From NCBI RefSeq assembly GCF_963921235.1, contig NC_086097.1, positions 117,306,001 through 117,370,000 on the forward strand: 64,000 nt of DNA, given 5' to 3'. Below are positions 25,246 through 37,533 of the stretch, one piece after another. This DNA comes from Mobula hypostoma (Eukaryota). Under the pieces are notes generated by a model. It did no database searches. It saw only the letters and a program-made list of their open reading frames with translations, and was not told the origin of the DNA. Numbering within the stretch: the first letter of the stretch is position 1; the number at the start of each line of letters is the position of its first letter. The translations under genes and the position numbers were made by a program.

Positions 25246-26190
25246 TGTAGTGCCCTGGTTCACATCTTTACTGTAGGTATTTTATTTAGCAGTTGTGTAA
25301 GAGCAGTCTGTTCTGCTGTCAGCCTGTTTGAGTATTGTTGAAGATAAGGGTTGATGTAGAATATGTGCCATACAATTAACGGGAGGCTTTTCTTGGTGAC
25401 GGACAATAAGGTTGGGCTTGGGGTGTCATGGTCCCTTCTGGCAATCCCCCACCTTGACATTTGCCTCAAGAATTGGGCCTTGATCACCTCATTTAGATTC
25501 CAGTCATTCCCAGGTACCACTAACTATACGCACCTTCTTCCCATCAGAAACAGCAGGATAAAAACCCTGTGACTCAGCAAGAAGCCGCCAGTTCGTTGGT
25601 TGACTCTTGTGAGAGTAAACCTTGTTTCCTATACCTGAGAACTGTTAATTCTAAGCTTTGCATCGTCTCCTGGATATCAGCTCCCCGTTCGCGGTGGTGC
25701 TACGCCTAACAATTCTGCTTCAGCATGTGCGTCCTGCACTTGGGTTTGTCCCCAGCCACGTCCTTGCAACATGGGGCTTTTATTCGAGAGGAGATGAAGA
25801 GAGAAGACACTGGGGAGAGCTGGTCGTAGCATACGATCCTGTGGGAGGCCTGTTTGTTTGAGATGGATTGTGAGCGATGTTCGGAAGGTGGTGAGAGCGT
25901 TCACATTAACGAGGGCCCATTGTGTGAGTGACAGAGAAGTTCAAGATGAGCTCCAACTTGTGCACATTTGACCGTTTAATTAGACTGGGCCCTTTTCTTT
26001 TTGTTATTCTTTACTAACCCTTCAGTTAAGATTCATAAATATAATTCCTTTAATCATATGCAGTGTACCGTCTGTTATTTCATGGCAGTAATTTTTAACG
26101 GGGTAGCAAATTACACAGCATCCACACCAACTGGGGTTTGGGGGGGGCTTGGGCCTCAATCTCTCACGTTTGGCAGGGCTGGAGATTGTC
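25246..26190 (+). mobile_element. Truncated solo LTR related to the Gypsy LTR at 8201/15666
   Basis: tgtagtgccctggttcacatctttactg start; shares gagtgacagagaagttcaagatgagctccaac and cacagcatccacac blocks; cut at the 3' end by a CR1 tail. Confidence 0.8.
25352..25771 (+). mobile_element. Probable unrelated solo LTR nested in the LTR above
   Basis: TGATG...CAACA termini, GATAAAA then AGTAAA motifs; host text gataaggg|ggggctttt rejoins across it. No clean TSD. Confidence 0.5.
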
Positions 26191-26196
26191 TTAGTA

Positions 26197-28200
26197 ACAT
26201 AGAAACATAGAAAACCTACAGCACAATACAGGCCCTTCGGCCCACAAAGTGTGCCGAACATGTCCTTACCTTTGAAATTACCTATGTTACCCATAGCCCT
26301 CTATTTTTCTAAGCTCCATGTATCCATCCACGAGTCTCTTAAAAGATCCTATCATTTCCGCCTCCACTACCACCACCGGCAGCCCATTCCATGCACTCAC
26401 CACTCTCTGCATAAAAGACTTACCCCTGACATCTCCTCTGTACCTACTTTCAACCACCTTAAAACTATGCCCTCTCGTGCTAGCCATTTCAGCCCTGGGA
26501 AGAAGCCTCTGACTATCCACATGATCAATGCCTTTCATTATCTCGTACACCTCTGTCAGGTCACCTCTCATCCTCCGTCGCTCCAAGGAGAAAAGACCAA
26601 GTTCACTCAACCTATTCTCGTAAGGCATCCTCCCCAATCCAGGCAACATCCTTGACTTATGCAGCCAAGAAAACCTGAGTGTTTAATATGCATATTAAAT
26701 ACGCATATAAAATGAGAGTCATTTGAGTCACAGAATTATAGAGCACCACAACATATAAACAGGACTTTCAGCCCATCGACTCTATGCTAAAATGTTATTC
26801 TGCCTTGTCCCATTGACTCACACCTGGAACATTGCCCTTCATACCTCTCCCATTCAAGTCCTTACCCCAATTTCTCTTAACTGTTGCAATTGAACCCATG
26901 TTCAACACATCCCCAGGAGTTTGTTCCGCAGTCACACCACCCTCTGAGTGAAGGTCTTCCTCCTTGGGTTCCCCTAAATATCTCACATTTCACCCTTAAC
27001 ATATGACAGAATGCTGGAGGAACTTAGCAGCCCAGGTTGCACCTTTGGAAAAGAGCACAGTCGACATTTCGGGCCGAGCCCCTTCATCAGGAAGGGCCTG
27101 ATGAAGGGTCTTGACCTTAAATTTCAACTGTACTCTTTTCCATAGATGCTGCCTGGCCTGCTGAGTTCCTCCAGCATTCTGTGTGTGCTGCTTGGATTTC
27201 CAGCATTTGTAGAAATTTTCTTGTCTATGACCTCTGGTTCTAGTTTTACTCAAACTCCGTGAAAAAAAAAGGACTGCTGCATTTACCCTGCTAACATCAT
27301 TCAGACTTTTGCATACCACCTTCAAAGCTCCCCTGAATCCCTGAACTCCAGGAAAAAAGTCCTAACCTATTCAACCTTTCCCTACAACTCAGGTCCTCAA
27401 GTCCCAGCAAAGTCCTTGTAAATTTTCTCTGCAGACATCTTTCCTGTTGGCAGGTGGCAAGAACTGCATACAACACTCTAAATTTGGCCCCATTGACGTC
27501 ATATCCAACTTCAACATAACATCCCAACTTTTGTGCTTAGTACTTTGATTTATGAAGGCCAAAATGCCAAAAGTCCTTTTTACAACCCTATCTACCTATG
27601 AGACCACTTTCAAAGAATTAGGGGTCTGTGGTCCCAGGTTCCTCTCTTTGATTGCACTTATCAGTACTTTCCCATTCACTGCGTAAGTCATACCCTGCTT
27701 TGCTCGCCGAAGTCAAACACATCGCATTGCCTGCATTAAATTCCATCTGCCATTTTTCAGCTGGTGCAGATCCTGCTTTACTCCAAATTTTGGTGCCATC
27801 CACAAACTTGTTGATCCAGTTTACCACATTATCGTCAAAATTATTATGATAGGCAACAAACAACAATGGACCCATGACTAATCCCTGACGCTCATTATTC
27901 ACAGGCCTCCAGAAAGAGAAGCATTCATCTACTACTCGCTGACTTCTCCTGCTAAGCCAATATTGAATCCAATTTATTACTTCATCCTGAATGCTAAGTG
28001 ACTGAACATTCTGGACCAGCCTCCCATGTGGGACTTTGTTAGAGGGCTTGCTAAGGTCCTTGTGGACAATGTCTGCTTCCTTTCCTTCATCAAATTTCCT
28101 GGTAGGCTCATCAAAAAACTTTACAAGGTTGGTTGGTTATGACCAACCATGCACAAAGACATGTTGACTATCCATAATCTGGCCCGGTCTATCCAAATAG
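26197..28200 (-). mobile_element. Two CR1 3' fragments (26197-26655 and ~26720-28200)
   Basis: (AACATAGA)n tail; LGLFSLERRRMRGDL; RT remnants (GPLLF, KFVDGTK, WQMEFNA). Confidence 0.85.
27008..27225. mobile_element. Palindromic pair of Penelope-like termini, each with a hammerhead core
   Basis: Arms ~27006-27091 and 27097-27183 around a 5-nt loop (cttcatcagg aaggg cctgatgaag); flanked by TATGAC at 27002-27007 and 27226-27231 inside a CR1 fragment. Confidence 0.8.
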
Positions 28201-31010
28201 GCAAGGGTAAAATGACCCTGATAGCAGTTATATACAAGCCTCCAAACAGTAGCTGGAATGTGGATTACAATAGGAAAGAGAAAAGGCAGGTCAAGAGGCC
28301 AATGTTATGATTGTCATGGGAGATTTTAACGTGCAGGTAGATTGGGAAAATTAGGTTGGTAATGGATCTCAAGAGAGTGAATTTGTTGGATGCCTATGAA
28401 ATGGCTTTTTAAAACAGTTTGTCATTGAGTCTACTAGGGGATCAGGTATACTGAATGGGGTGTTATGTAATGCATCAGAGACAATTAGGGAGCTTAAGGT
28501 AAAGGAACCATTAGGAGACAGTGATCACAATATGATTGAGCTCAACTTGAAATTTGATAGAGAGAAAGTAAAATCTGATATAGCAGTATTACGGTGGAGT
28601 AAGGGAAATTACAGTGGTATGAGAGAGGAGTTGGCCAAAGTAAATTGGAAAGAGATTCTAGCAGGGATGACAGCAGAGCAAAAATGGCGTGAGCTTCTGG
28701 GAAAAACTGAGGAAGGTATAGGATAGATGTATTTCAAAAACAAAGAAATACTCAAATGGCAAAATAGTACAACCATGGCTGACAAGGGAAGTCAAAGCTA
28801 TTGTAACAGCAAAACAGAGTGCATACAACAAAGCAAAAATTAGTGGGAAGATAGAGGATTGGGAAGCTTTTAAAAAGCTACAGAAAACAACAAAAAATTG
28901 TTAGCAGGGAAAATATGAAATATGAAAGCAAGCTAGCAAATAATATCAAAGTGGACAGTAAAAGCTTTTTCAAATATGTAAAAAATAAAAGAGATGATAA
29001 AAGTGGATAAAGGATTGCTGGAGATGAAAATGAAGCTGGAGAAATATTAACAGGGGGACAAGGAGATGGCAAATGAATTAAATGAGTATTTTACATCAGT
29101 TTTCACTTTGGAAGACAGGAGCAGTTTGCCAGTTGTTGAAGGGTGTGAGAGAAGACAAGTGAGTGCAGTTTCTATCACAAGGGAGAATGTGTTCAAAAAG
29201 CTAAAAGACATAAAGGTACATAAGTCACCCAGACCAGATGAACTGCACCCTAGGGTTCTGAATGAGGTAGCAGTAGAGATTGAGAAGGTATTAGAAATGA
29301 TCTTTCAAAAATCATTGGACTCTGGCATGGTGCCAGAGGACTGGAAAATTGCAAATGTCACCTCCACTCTTTAGGAAAAGAGGGAGGTATCATAAAGGAA
29401 ATTATAGACCAGTTTGTCTGACCTCACTGGTTGGGAAGATGTTGCAGTCAATTGTTAAGGATGAGGTTATGGAGCACTTGGTGACACAGAACAAGATAGC
29501 ACAAAGTCAGCATGGTTTCTTGAAGGGAAAATCTTGCCCAATGAACCTGTTGGAATTCTTTGAGGAGATTACAAGTAGGATAAAGGGGATGGAGTGGATG
29601 TTGTATATTTGGATTTTCAGAAAGCCTTTGACAAGGTGCCACAACATAAGGTTGATTACCAAATTAAAAATCCATAGTATTACAGGAAAGTTACTGGCAT
29701 GCTTATAGCATTGACTGACAGGCAGCATTCAGTAGGTGAAAATAAAAGGGTCCTTTTCTGGTCTGCCAGTGACCAGTGGTGTTACACAGGGGTTGATGCT
29801 GGGACCACTTCTTCTTATGTTGTATATAAATGATTTAGACGATGGAATCGATAGCTTTCTTGCCAGGTTTGCAGATGATACGAAGATTGGTGGAGAGGCA
29901 GGTAGTGTTGAGGAAACAGGTAGGCTGCAGAAGGACTTAGACAGATTAGGAGAATGGGTAAGAAAGTGGAAAATGAAGTACAATGTTGGAAAATGCATGG
30001 TCATGCACTTTGGTAGAAGAAATAAATGAGCAGACTATTTTCTAAACTGGGAAAAAAATACAAAAACCTGAAATGCAAAGGGAAGTGTGAGTCCTTGAAC
30101 AAAATACCCTGAAGGTTAACTTGCAGGTTGAGTCAGTGGTGACAAAGGCAAATGCCATGTTACCATTCATTTAAAGTGGTCTAGAATACAAGAGTAGGGA
30201 TCTGATGCTGAGGCTTTAGAAGGCACTGATGAGGCCTCACCTTGAGTATTGTGAACAGTTTTTGGCTCCTTATCTGAGAAAGAAATGTGCTGGCCTTGGA
30301 GAGGGTTCAGAGGAGGATCACAAGGATGATTCCAGGAATGAAAAGATTATCAAATGAGTAACGTTTGATGGCTATGGGCCTGTACTCACTGGAACTTAGA
30401 ACGATGAGGAGGGATCTCATTGAAACCTTTCGTATATTGAAAGTCCAAGACAGAGAAGATGTGAAAAGGATAATTCCCATGGTGGGGGAGTTTAGGACAA
30501 GAGGGCACAGCCGCAGGAGTGGTGTCTATTTAAAACAGAGATGAGGAGAAATTACTTTTGCCAGAGTTGACCAGGGTCAGGAATGCCTCAAATCAATTCT
30601 TTAGTGAGATGTCAGTACCATTGATTATCAGTAGGAAGTGAGTTCAGATACTTACTGTAGGTACCAAGTTAAAAGGACAGGACCTCCGTGTAGTGATATC
30701 AAGAATGCTAGCTCTGCCATGTGCTGGTGAGGCCAGAAATAGGAAGATAATACAATTTAACACACGGCTAAGGAGATAGTGCAGGAGTGATCAGTTTAGA
30801 AGATTGGATAATTATGCTCTCTTCCAGGGAAAATGGGACCTGTACAAATGGGATGGTTTGCACCAGAACAGGAGGGAGGTCAGTATCCTTGCTGGAAGAC
30901 ATGCTGGTGCTGCGCTGGGAGGGGTGGGTTTAAACCAGAGCTGCAGGGGGGTGTGAACCAAAGTGCCAGGGCAGCTAGTGAAGTGGTTGTGGGTAAAGAT
31001 GTTGTTAAGA
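28201..31010 (+). mobile_element. Degraded CR1 ORF2 (28201-~30570) followed by a CR1 ORF1 esterase fragment (~30570-31010)
   Basis: GDSDHNMI, PEDWKIANV, QHGFLKGKSC, RFADDTK; then sequence resembling 57685-58120. Confidence 0.8.
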
Positions 31011-31601
31011 TGCTGTCCTGACTCAATCCCGTTGCTCCACCTTACCAGAAACTTCGCTGAGTCTCGGCCTCTTCACGCCAAATTCTCTTGAGCCAAAGCC
31101 TCAGCTCCCCTCTATAACACTGGCTCACCCATACTATGGTCACCCCCACAGCGCCACTCCCTTTAACCTCTAACTTCTTTTTATTGACTCTTGCCAAATA
31201 TCTAATAACCCAAACAATCTCTACGTCTGTAGAAAGTACAACTGGATCAGCTCAGCTTTTAAATTTTGTACCTACCAGAAACAACGTCTCGAGTGATCTC
31301 AAGCTCAGCTGATTATTTACTCATTGAAATAAAATAGTGTATTTGACTTTCCAGAAATTGTCAGGTATAAGAAAATAGTTATTATAGTTGCCTTTTAATA
31401 AAGATGTGAACAGAAATTTGTATTCAATTTTATGCATGATAATATTCTGTCATTAAGCATGCACTATATTTTAAGAAAGACCTGAAAGCTTTTCATAATT
31501 AAGCTAAATTAGAGCAAATGTGTGAAGAATAAAAATTAATTACTGTTTTTGTCCAATTGGTTCAATTATTGCTTTCTATGTCTATTATTATCCCATATTA
31601 T

Positions 31602-32276
31602 TTAGATTATGAGAACACTCAGTCCTCTTTTATTGTCATTTAGAAATGCATACATGCATTAAGAAATGATACAATGTTCCTCCAGAGTGATATCACAGAC
31701 AAGCAGGACGAACCAAAGACTAACACTGACAGAACCACATAATTATAACATATAGTTACAGCAGTGCAAAGCAATATCATAATTTGATGAAGAACAAACC
31801 ATGGACACGGTAAAAAAAAGTCTCAAGTCCCGATTGACCCCCGAGTCCCCGATAGCAGGCAGCAAAAGGGAGAAACTCCCTGACATAAACCTCCAAGGTA
31901 CCAACAACTGCCGATGGCTTGAAATCAGCTGACCACAGCCAGCACTGAGTCCGTTTATCCGAAAACTTCGAGCCTCCAACCAGCCCCTCTGATACAGCCT
32001 CCCAAGTGCCATCCTCTGCTGAGCACCTTCGACCTAGCCCCGGACGCTGATACAAGCAATGCCGAGGATTCAGGGCCTTCTGCTCCAGAGATTCCGGTTA
32101 CCACACAGTAGCAGCGGCAACGAAGCAGGCATTTCAGAAGTTTCTCCGTACACTCACATCTATCTCCATTAAATCAGAATTGTTCACGGTACCCTACTTG
32201 ACAGATTACAGATATCGTTCACCGGAGAGGCCGCGCAACACTGCGCCACGCTGCTATCTTCTCCTCCTCCTTTAAC
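31602..32276 (-). mobile_element. ~680-bp non-coding retroposon, copy 2
   Basis: Homologous to 15713-16404; flanked by TCCCATATTAT / TCCTATATTAT (11 bp, one mismatch). Confidence 0.8.
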
Positions 32277-32377
32277 TCCTATATTATACGATGTGATAAA
32301 ATGAAATGTCTTAAATAGTTTGTGTAAAATTAAAAATTATTTCCAATTAAATTTGATATTGTTGCTCTTCTAATATA

Positions 32378-32927
32378 CACTCAATGGTCACTTTATTGGG
32401 CATCTCTTGTACCTAATAAAATGGCCACTGTGTGTATGTTCATCTGCTGCTGTAGCCCATGCACTTCAAAGTTTGACATGCTGTGCATTCAGAGATGTTC
32501 TTCTGCACAGTACTGTTGGAAAGCATGATTATGTGAGTTACTGTCACCTTGAACCAGTCTGGTCATTCTCCTCTGACCCCCTCATGAACAAAGCATTTTC
32601 ACCCACAGAACTGCCACTCACTCAATGTTTTTGTGTTCATCATACAGTTCTTTGTAAACCCTGGAGTCTGCTGTGCATAAAAATCCCAGGACATGAGTAG
32701 TTTCTGAGATATTCAAACCACCCACCTGGCAGCAACAATCATAACACAGTCAAAGTCACTTAGGTCACATTTCTTCCCCATTCTGATGTTTGGTCTGAAC
32801 AACAACTGAACCTCTTGACCATGTCAGCATGCTTTTATGCGTGGAGCTGCTACCACATAATTGGCTGATTAGATATTTGCATTATGAACAGCTGTACAGT
32901 TGTACCTAATAAAGTGGCCACTGATTG
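32378..32927 (-). mobile_element. Tc1-derived non-autonomous element, copy B
   Basis: TA|CACTCAATGGTCACTTTATT start, aataaagtggccactga end; transposase N-terminal remnant on the minus strand. Confidence 0.85.
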
Positions 32928-33504
32928 TCAATACATTGTAATAAGCAAGTGATATGAAGGGTAGATGAAGAATAGATGTTGTCCTTGCTGCAGTAGCAGG
33001 AATCAAGGGTTGAGTTATCAAAGTAAGGGGCTATTGGTGAGATATGTGCAAAAATTCCTTCACCTAGATGTAATTGAATCTGAATTTTTTCCCCTAAAGT
33101 CACTAAATACATTCAAGGAAGAATTTAATAAATTTTTAGCTTAAAGGTGTACAGGAAAGTAACATTGATAGAAAAGTCAGCCATGTACGGCAGAGAAGGC
33201 ACATGGAGCCAAGCAGTCAATTCTCGCTTCTCTTTCTTAAACTGTTACACTCACGCAACAGGGATAACTCCTTGTGATTTACCCAGATAATGCTGGTTAT
33301 GAATCTACACAATGGATTCCTATTCCTGTCAGGAACTAATCTAAATCTGGTTTTGGTTTTCCTCTCTCAGAAAAGAGTCCAACCAGCTCTCAAATCATTC
33401 AGCAAATTCTGGGTTAAGTAATACAAGGCATGCTGCCAGGAAATTTCTCTTTTCCGCATCATCACCTGATCCATTGATTGAATGCTGTATTTTGTAAGTG
33501 ATCT

Positions 33505-33827
33505 ATGTTATTGAATTGACTTTATTTCTTACATCCTTCACATAAATGAGGAGTAAAAACCTTTACAATATGTCTCCATCTAAATATGCAATGTGCAATC
33601 ATAGTAATTTATAATAATTTATAATAAATAAAACAGTCAATGTAACATAGAAATATACTCAAATCAGCATGAGTTAATTAGTCTGATGGCCTGGTTGAAG
33701 AAGCTGTCCCAGAGCCTGTTGGTCCTGGTTTTTATGCTGAGGTACCGTTTCTCGAATGGTTAACAGTTGCAATAGATTGGGGTTGGGGTGACTCGGGTCT
33801 CCAACGATCCTTTGGACCCTTTTTTCA
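33505..33827 (-). mobile_element. LINE 3' fragment (Rex1/Babar- or L2-like)
   Basis: ctgatggcctggttgaagaagctgtcccagagcctg reads on the minus strand as an RL..SFF-type C-terminus; aataaa and a simple tail. Confidence 0.5.
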
Positions 33828-34518
33828 TGCAACACACATCAAAGTTGCTGGTGAACGCAGCAGGCCAGGCAGCACCTCTAAGAAGAGGTACAGTCGAGGT
33901 TTCGGGCCGAGACCCTTCATCAGGACTAACTGAAGGAAGAGCTAGTAAGAGATTTGAAAGTGGGAGGGGGACGGGGAGATCCAAAATGATAGGAGAAGAC
34001 AGGAGGGGGAGGGATGGAGCCTAGAGCCGGACAGTTGATTGGCAAAAGGGATGTGAGAGGATCATGGGACAGGAGGCCTAGGGAGAAAGAAACGGGGGGT
34101 GGGGGGAAACGCAGAGGATGGGCGAGGGATATAGAAGGAGGGACAGAGGGAGAAAAAGGAAAGAGAGAGAAAGAATGTGTGTATATAAATAAATAACGGA
34201 TGGGGTACGAGGGGGAGGTGGAGCATTAGCAGAAGTTAGAGAAGTCAGTGTTCATGCCATCAGGTTGGAGGCTACCCAGACGGAATATAAGGTGCTGTTC
34301 CTCCAACCTGAGTGTGGCTTCATCTTTACAGTAGAGGAGGCCGTGGATAGACATGTCAGAATGGGAATGGGATGTGGAATTAAAATGTGTGGCCATTGGG
34401 AGATCCTGCTTTCTCTGGCGGACAGAGCGTAGATGTTCAGCAAAACGATCGCCCAGTCTGCGTCAGGTCTTGCCAATATATAGAAGGCCACATCGGGAGC
34501 ACCGGACGCAGTATATGG
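33828..34518 (-). mobile_element. Penelope-like element 3' portion: GIY-YIG endonuclease and terminus with a hammerhead core
   Basis: Minus frame IYCVRCSRCGLLYIGKT*RRLGDRFAEHLRSV...HFNSTSH...RLEEQHLIFRLGSLQPDGMN, a GIY-YIG/CCHH pattern typical of Penelope-like elements. Confidence 0.88.
33892..33927 (-). ncRNA. Minimal type I hammerhead ribozyme motif (one core mismatch)
   Basis: Minus strand AGTC-CTGATGA-AGGGTCTCGGCCC-GAAACCTC-GACT: stem I AGTC/GACT, stem II GGG/CCC, core CUGAUGA and GAAA. The expected palindromic ACGT stem III reads ACCT. Confidence 0.7.
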
Positions 34519-34887
34519 CATTAGTGTTAGGGAACCTTGGCAATAGTGATATTGAATCAAGTTGTATCTTCTCTGCAACTAGAGAGAATGCATTCCATTT
34601 GAGAATCTTTCCAAGTGAGGCGTGGTGTTCTTCTGCAAAATATAATGATTACTGCCTGCTGCTATTGATGTTTAATCAGCAGTTTAAATACGGCTCCCAC
34701 AGTTTATAGCAGATGGATTGGTGTTGGCATGATTTGCAATAAGTGAACATTGTTATAAAATCAATGTTCAATTAAATATAAATAATTTAATCATAGTGCC
34801 TCAAGTTGAGAGCAACTATAAACCTGTACAATTTTAAACCAAGAAAACTGAAAATACACAGATATTAATTATTACATAACTGCTCTG

Positions 34888-35205
34888 ATAGTGCAGTAGC
34901 TCATATAACACTTTACAATGCTATCTGTAAGGTATGGGTTGAATTCTGTATGCAGTCTGTAAAGGGTTTGTATGTTCTTCTCATAATCTCATGGATTTCC
35001 TCTGGGTGCTCTAGTTTCCTTCCATATTGTAAAGACATGTGGGTTTGGGTTAGTAAGTTATGAGGGCATGCTCTGTTGGGTGCCCAAGGCGTTGTTATAC
35101 TGAATGGCTATCCCCATTATATCTCGGACTCTGTTAGTCATTACTGCAAACGGCACATTTTACTGTAGGTTTCGATGTACATGTGACGAATAAAGCTAAT
35201 TTTAA
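34888..35205 (+). mobile_element. Degraded tRNA-derived SINE (V-SINE-like)
   Basis: ctgtaaagggtttgtatgttct...ggatttcctctgggtgctctagtttcct core and an aataaagctaat tail shared with 46590-46885. Confidence 0.65.
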
Positions 35206-36043
35206 TAGATTTTTATACATCTTACTATATAAAAAATAAATAAGTAAGTTCTAGTAACTATGAGACTGTGCTGGGTTCTATTCACATTTCTTAATCACTG
35301 ATACCTCCTTCCAATTGCATAACTCCAATTTGATTTGGAGCACGACTTTACTGAAATTCCTGGTGCAAAATATAACCTATATTTTAATTTTAAGGGATTT
35401 TGCAAACAACATTAATAATCTGGAGGCGTGATTGAATGGTTTAAGTGTCACGGTTCAAGAATCATCTCTTTTTTTTACATCCTGGCCCCAGCAAATGATT
35501 ATCAAAGAAGAGTCCAAAAATGGGGAACATTGGCCTCATTCCTGGGTGTGAAATTTGCCCCGACATGTCATATGTCCATTTTCACAACTGTTTCTAAAAG
35601 TACATATTTTTAACTGAAATTTACAGAGGGATATCATCCACCAGATGAAACTAATTGTTAACTATGAAGGGTATAGTTATTAACTATAATGAAATACCCT
35701 CTAAGTAGCTCTTAGCATAATGCAAAAATAAAACAAATATGAAATAAAATATCAAATGAAGCAGTAATTTAAGTTGGATTTTAATTTTCTTTAAACCACA
35801 CATAAAGTCAATCAATCCTACCACAATGTTTGAGCACAGGAGTGGAGATGTCCGATTACAATTATCTCCCCAGCCTGTGATGCTATATTGGGATAGGCTG
35901 ATCCCACAGCTATTGCCAGATTGAAAACTAGCTGGTGGGCTGAGCTCAGGCTTTGCTTCAGTATCTTCAGGAAGACTGGATCATGCCTCCTTGAGTTATC
36001 CTGTCCGGAGTATTCCTCATATGCATGATATTTACAGTTTACA

Positions 36044-36767
36044 TGTAACGGGTTTCTTCTTTAATGTTACTGCGTAGGCTAATTAAAATGGCTTCTTTGT
36101 TATGTTATAATTCAAATGGCTTCTTTGTTATGTTAAATGCTGAGAAATTCCTCTGGCTAGCAGCTTGTTTGGGTTATATTATTGATAACAGTGAAAGAAC
36201 CAATTGGGATAGATGTTATTCTTTCTAGTGTGACTGTAAGTTATTGAGATGTGCGGGTTTTTGGGCAGAAGACGCGCGAGAGAGAGAGGATGGACAAGGT
36301 GCTGTGAGCCAGCTAAAAGGGTCGGACCCCGAGCAAGAGTCCGAGGTCCAGAGTTTTCGGCGAGGAGAGGAGGCAGATACAGATTCGTGTGGAGCGTCTG
36401 GTCGACCACCGTGGTTGGTCCCAGGCAGCAGGTCGAGGTGGTCAGAGGGGATCGAATGGTGAAGAGAGGATCGTTACTAGAGCTCCAACTGTTTCTGCAC
36501 GAAGAGATTGAACTTTGATAAATGTGGCACCTTTTATTTTCCTTTTATATTTTACCTCCATTAATTATATAGTTCCAGTAATACCTATAAACTGTAATTC
36601 ATTTAATTGTATATGGTGTATTGTCTGTTATTTGGCAGGGTGGGGTACATCACACAGCATCCACACAAACTTAATTACCCAGTTTGGCGGGCTGAGGGTT
36701 GTTTCCCTAGACGACAGAGAGTTGAGCGACCCTAAGGCGTACCGGGGGGTCGGGGGTGGTATGTACA
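36044..36767 (+). mobile_element. Solo LTR (Gypsy-type, distinct family)
   Basis: TGTAAC start, ...gggggtggtatgtaca end, CCAAT box, and the cacacagcatccacacaaac motif shared with the other LTRs. TSD ambiguous. Confidence 0.7.
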
Positions 36768-36982
36768 CAATCTATGGCAGACTCATTAACTCCCTGATCC
36801 ACGGACATTATTATTCCCCAGGTATATTCACCCCTCCCAAGTTGATGTCTCGCTTCTCCCTTAATACGGTGATATCTCTCCTTGTTAGGCATTCCTGCTA
36901 CTTGCCTATATACTATCCTACATCTCCTGGGCCATAAGATCCAAAGTATTCTTTGGACATTTATCTTTCACCAACAAATGTA

Positions 36983-37533
36983 CACTCAGTGGCCACTTCG
37001 TTAGTGATCTTCTGTACCTAATAAAGTGGCCACTGAGTGTACGTCCGTGGTCTTCTGCTGCTGTAGCCCATCCACTTCAAAGTTTGACATGTTATGCATT
37101 CTGAGATGCTCTTTTGCACGCCACTGTTGTAACATGTGATTAACTAAGTTACTATTGCTTTCTTGTCAGCTTGAACCAGTATGGTCATTCTCCACTGATC
37201 TCTCCCATTAACGAGGCTTTTTCAACCACAGAACTGTCGTTCACTGGATATATTTTTATTTCTCACATTGTTCTCTGTAAACTCTAAAGACTGTTATGTG
37301 TGAGAATCCCAGGAGATTAGCAGTTTCTGAGATACTCAAACCACTTGATCTGGCATTTGGCACCAACTATCGTTCCACTTAGATCACATTTCTCCCCCAT
37401 TCTGATGTTCAGTTTGAACAACAAGTGAACCTCCTGACCACGTCTGCATGCTTTTATACAGAGTTGCTGCCACATGATTAGGTTCTTTAACGAGCAGGTG
37501 TGCAGGTGTATCTAATCAAGTGGCCACTGAGTG
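36983..37533 (-). mobile_element. Tc1-derived non-autonomous element, copy C
   Basis: TA|CACTCAGTGGCCACTT...AAGTGGCCACTGAGTG|TA. Confidence 0.9.
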
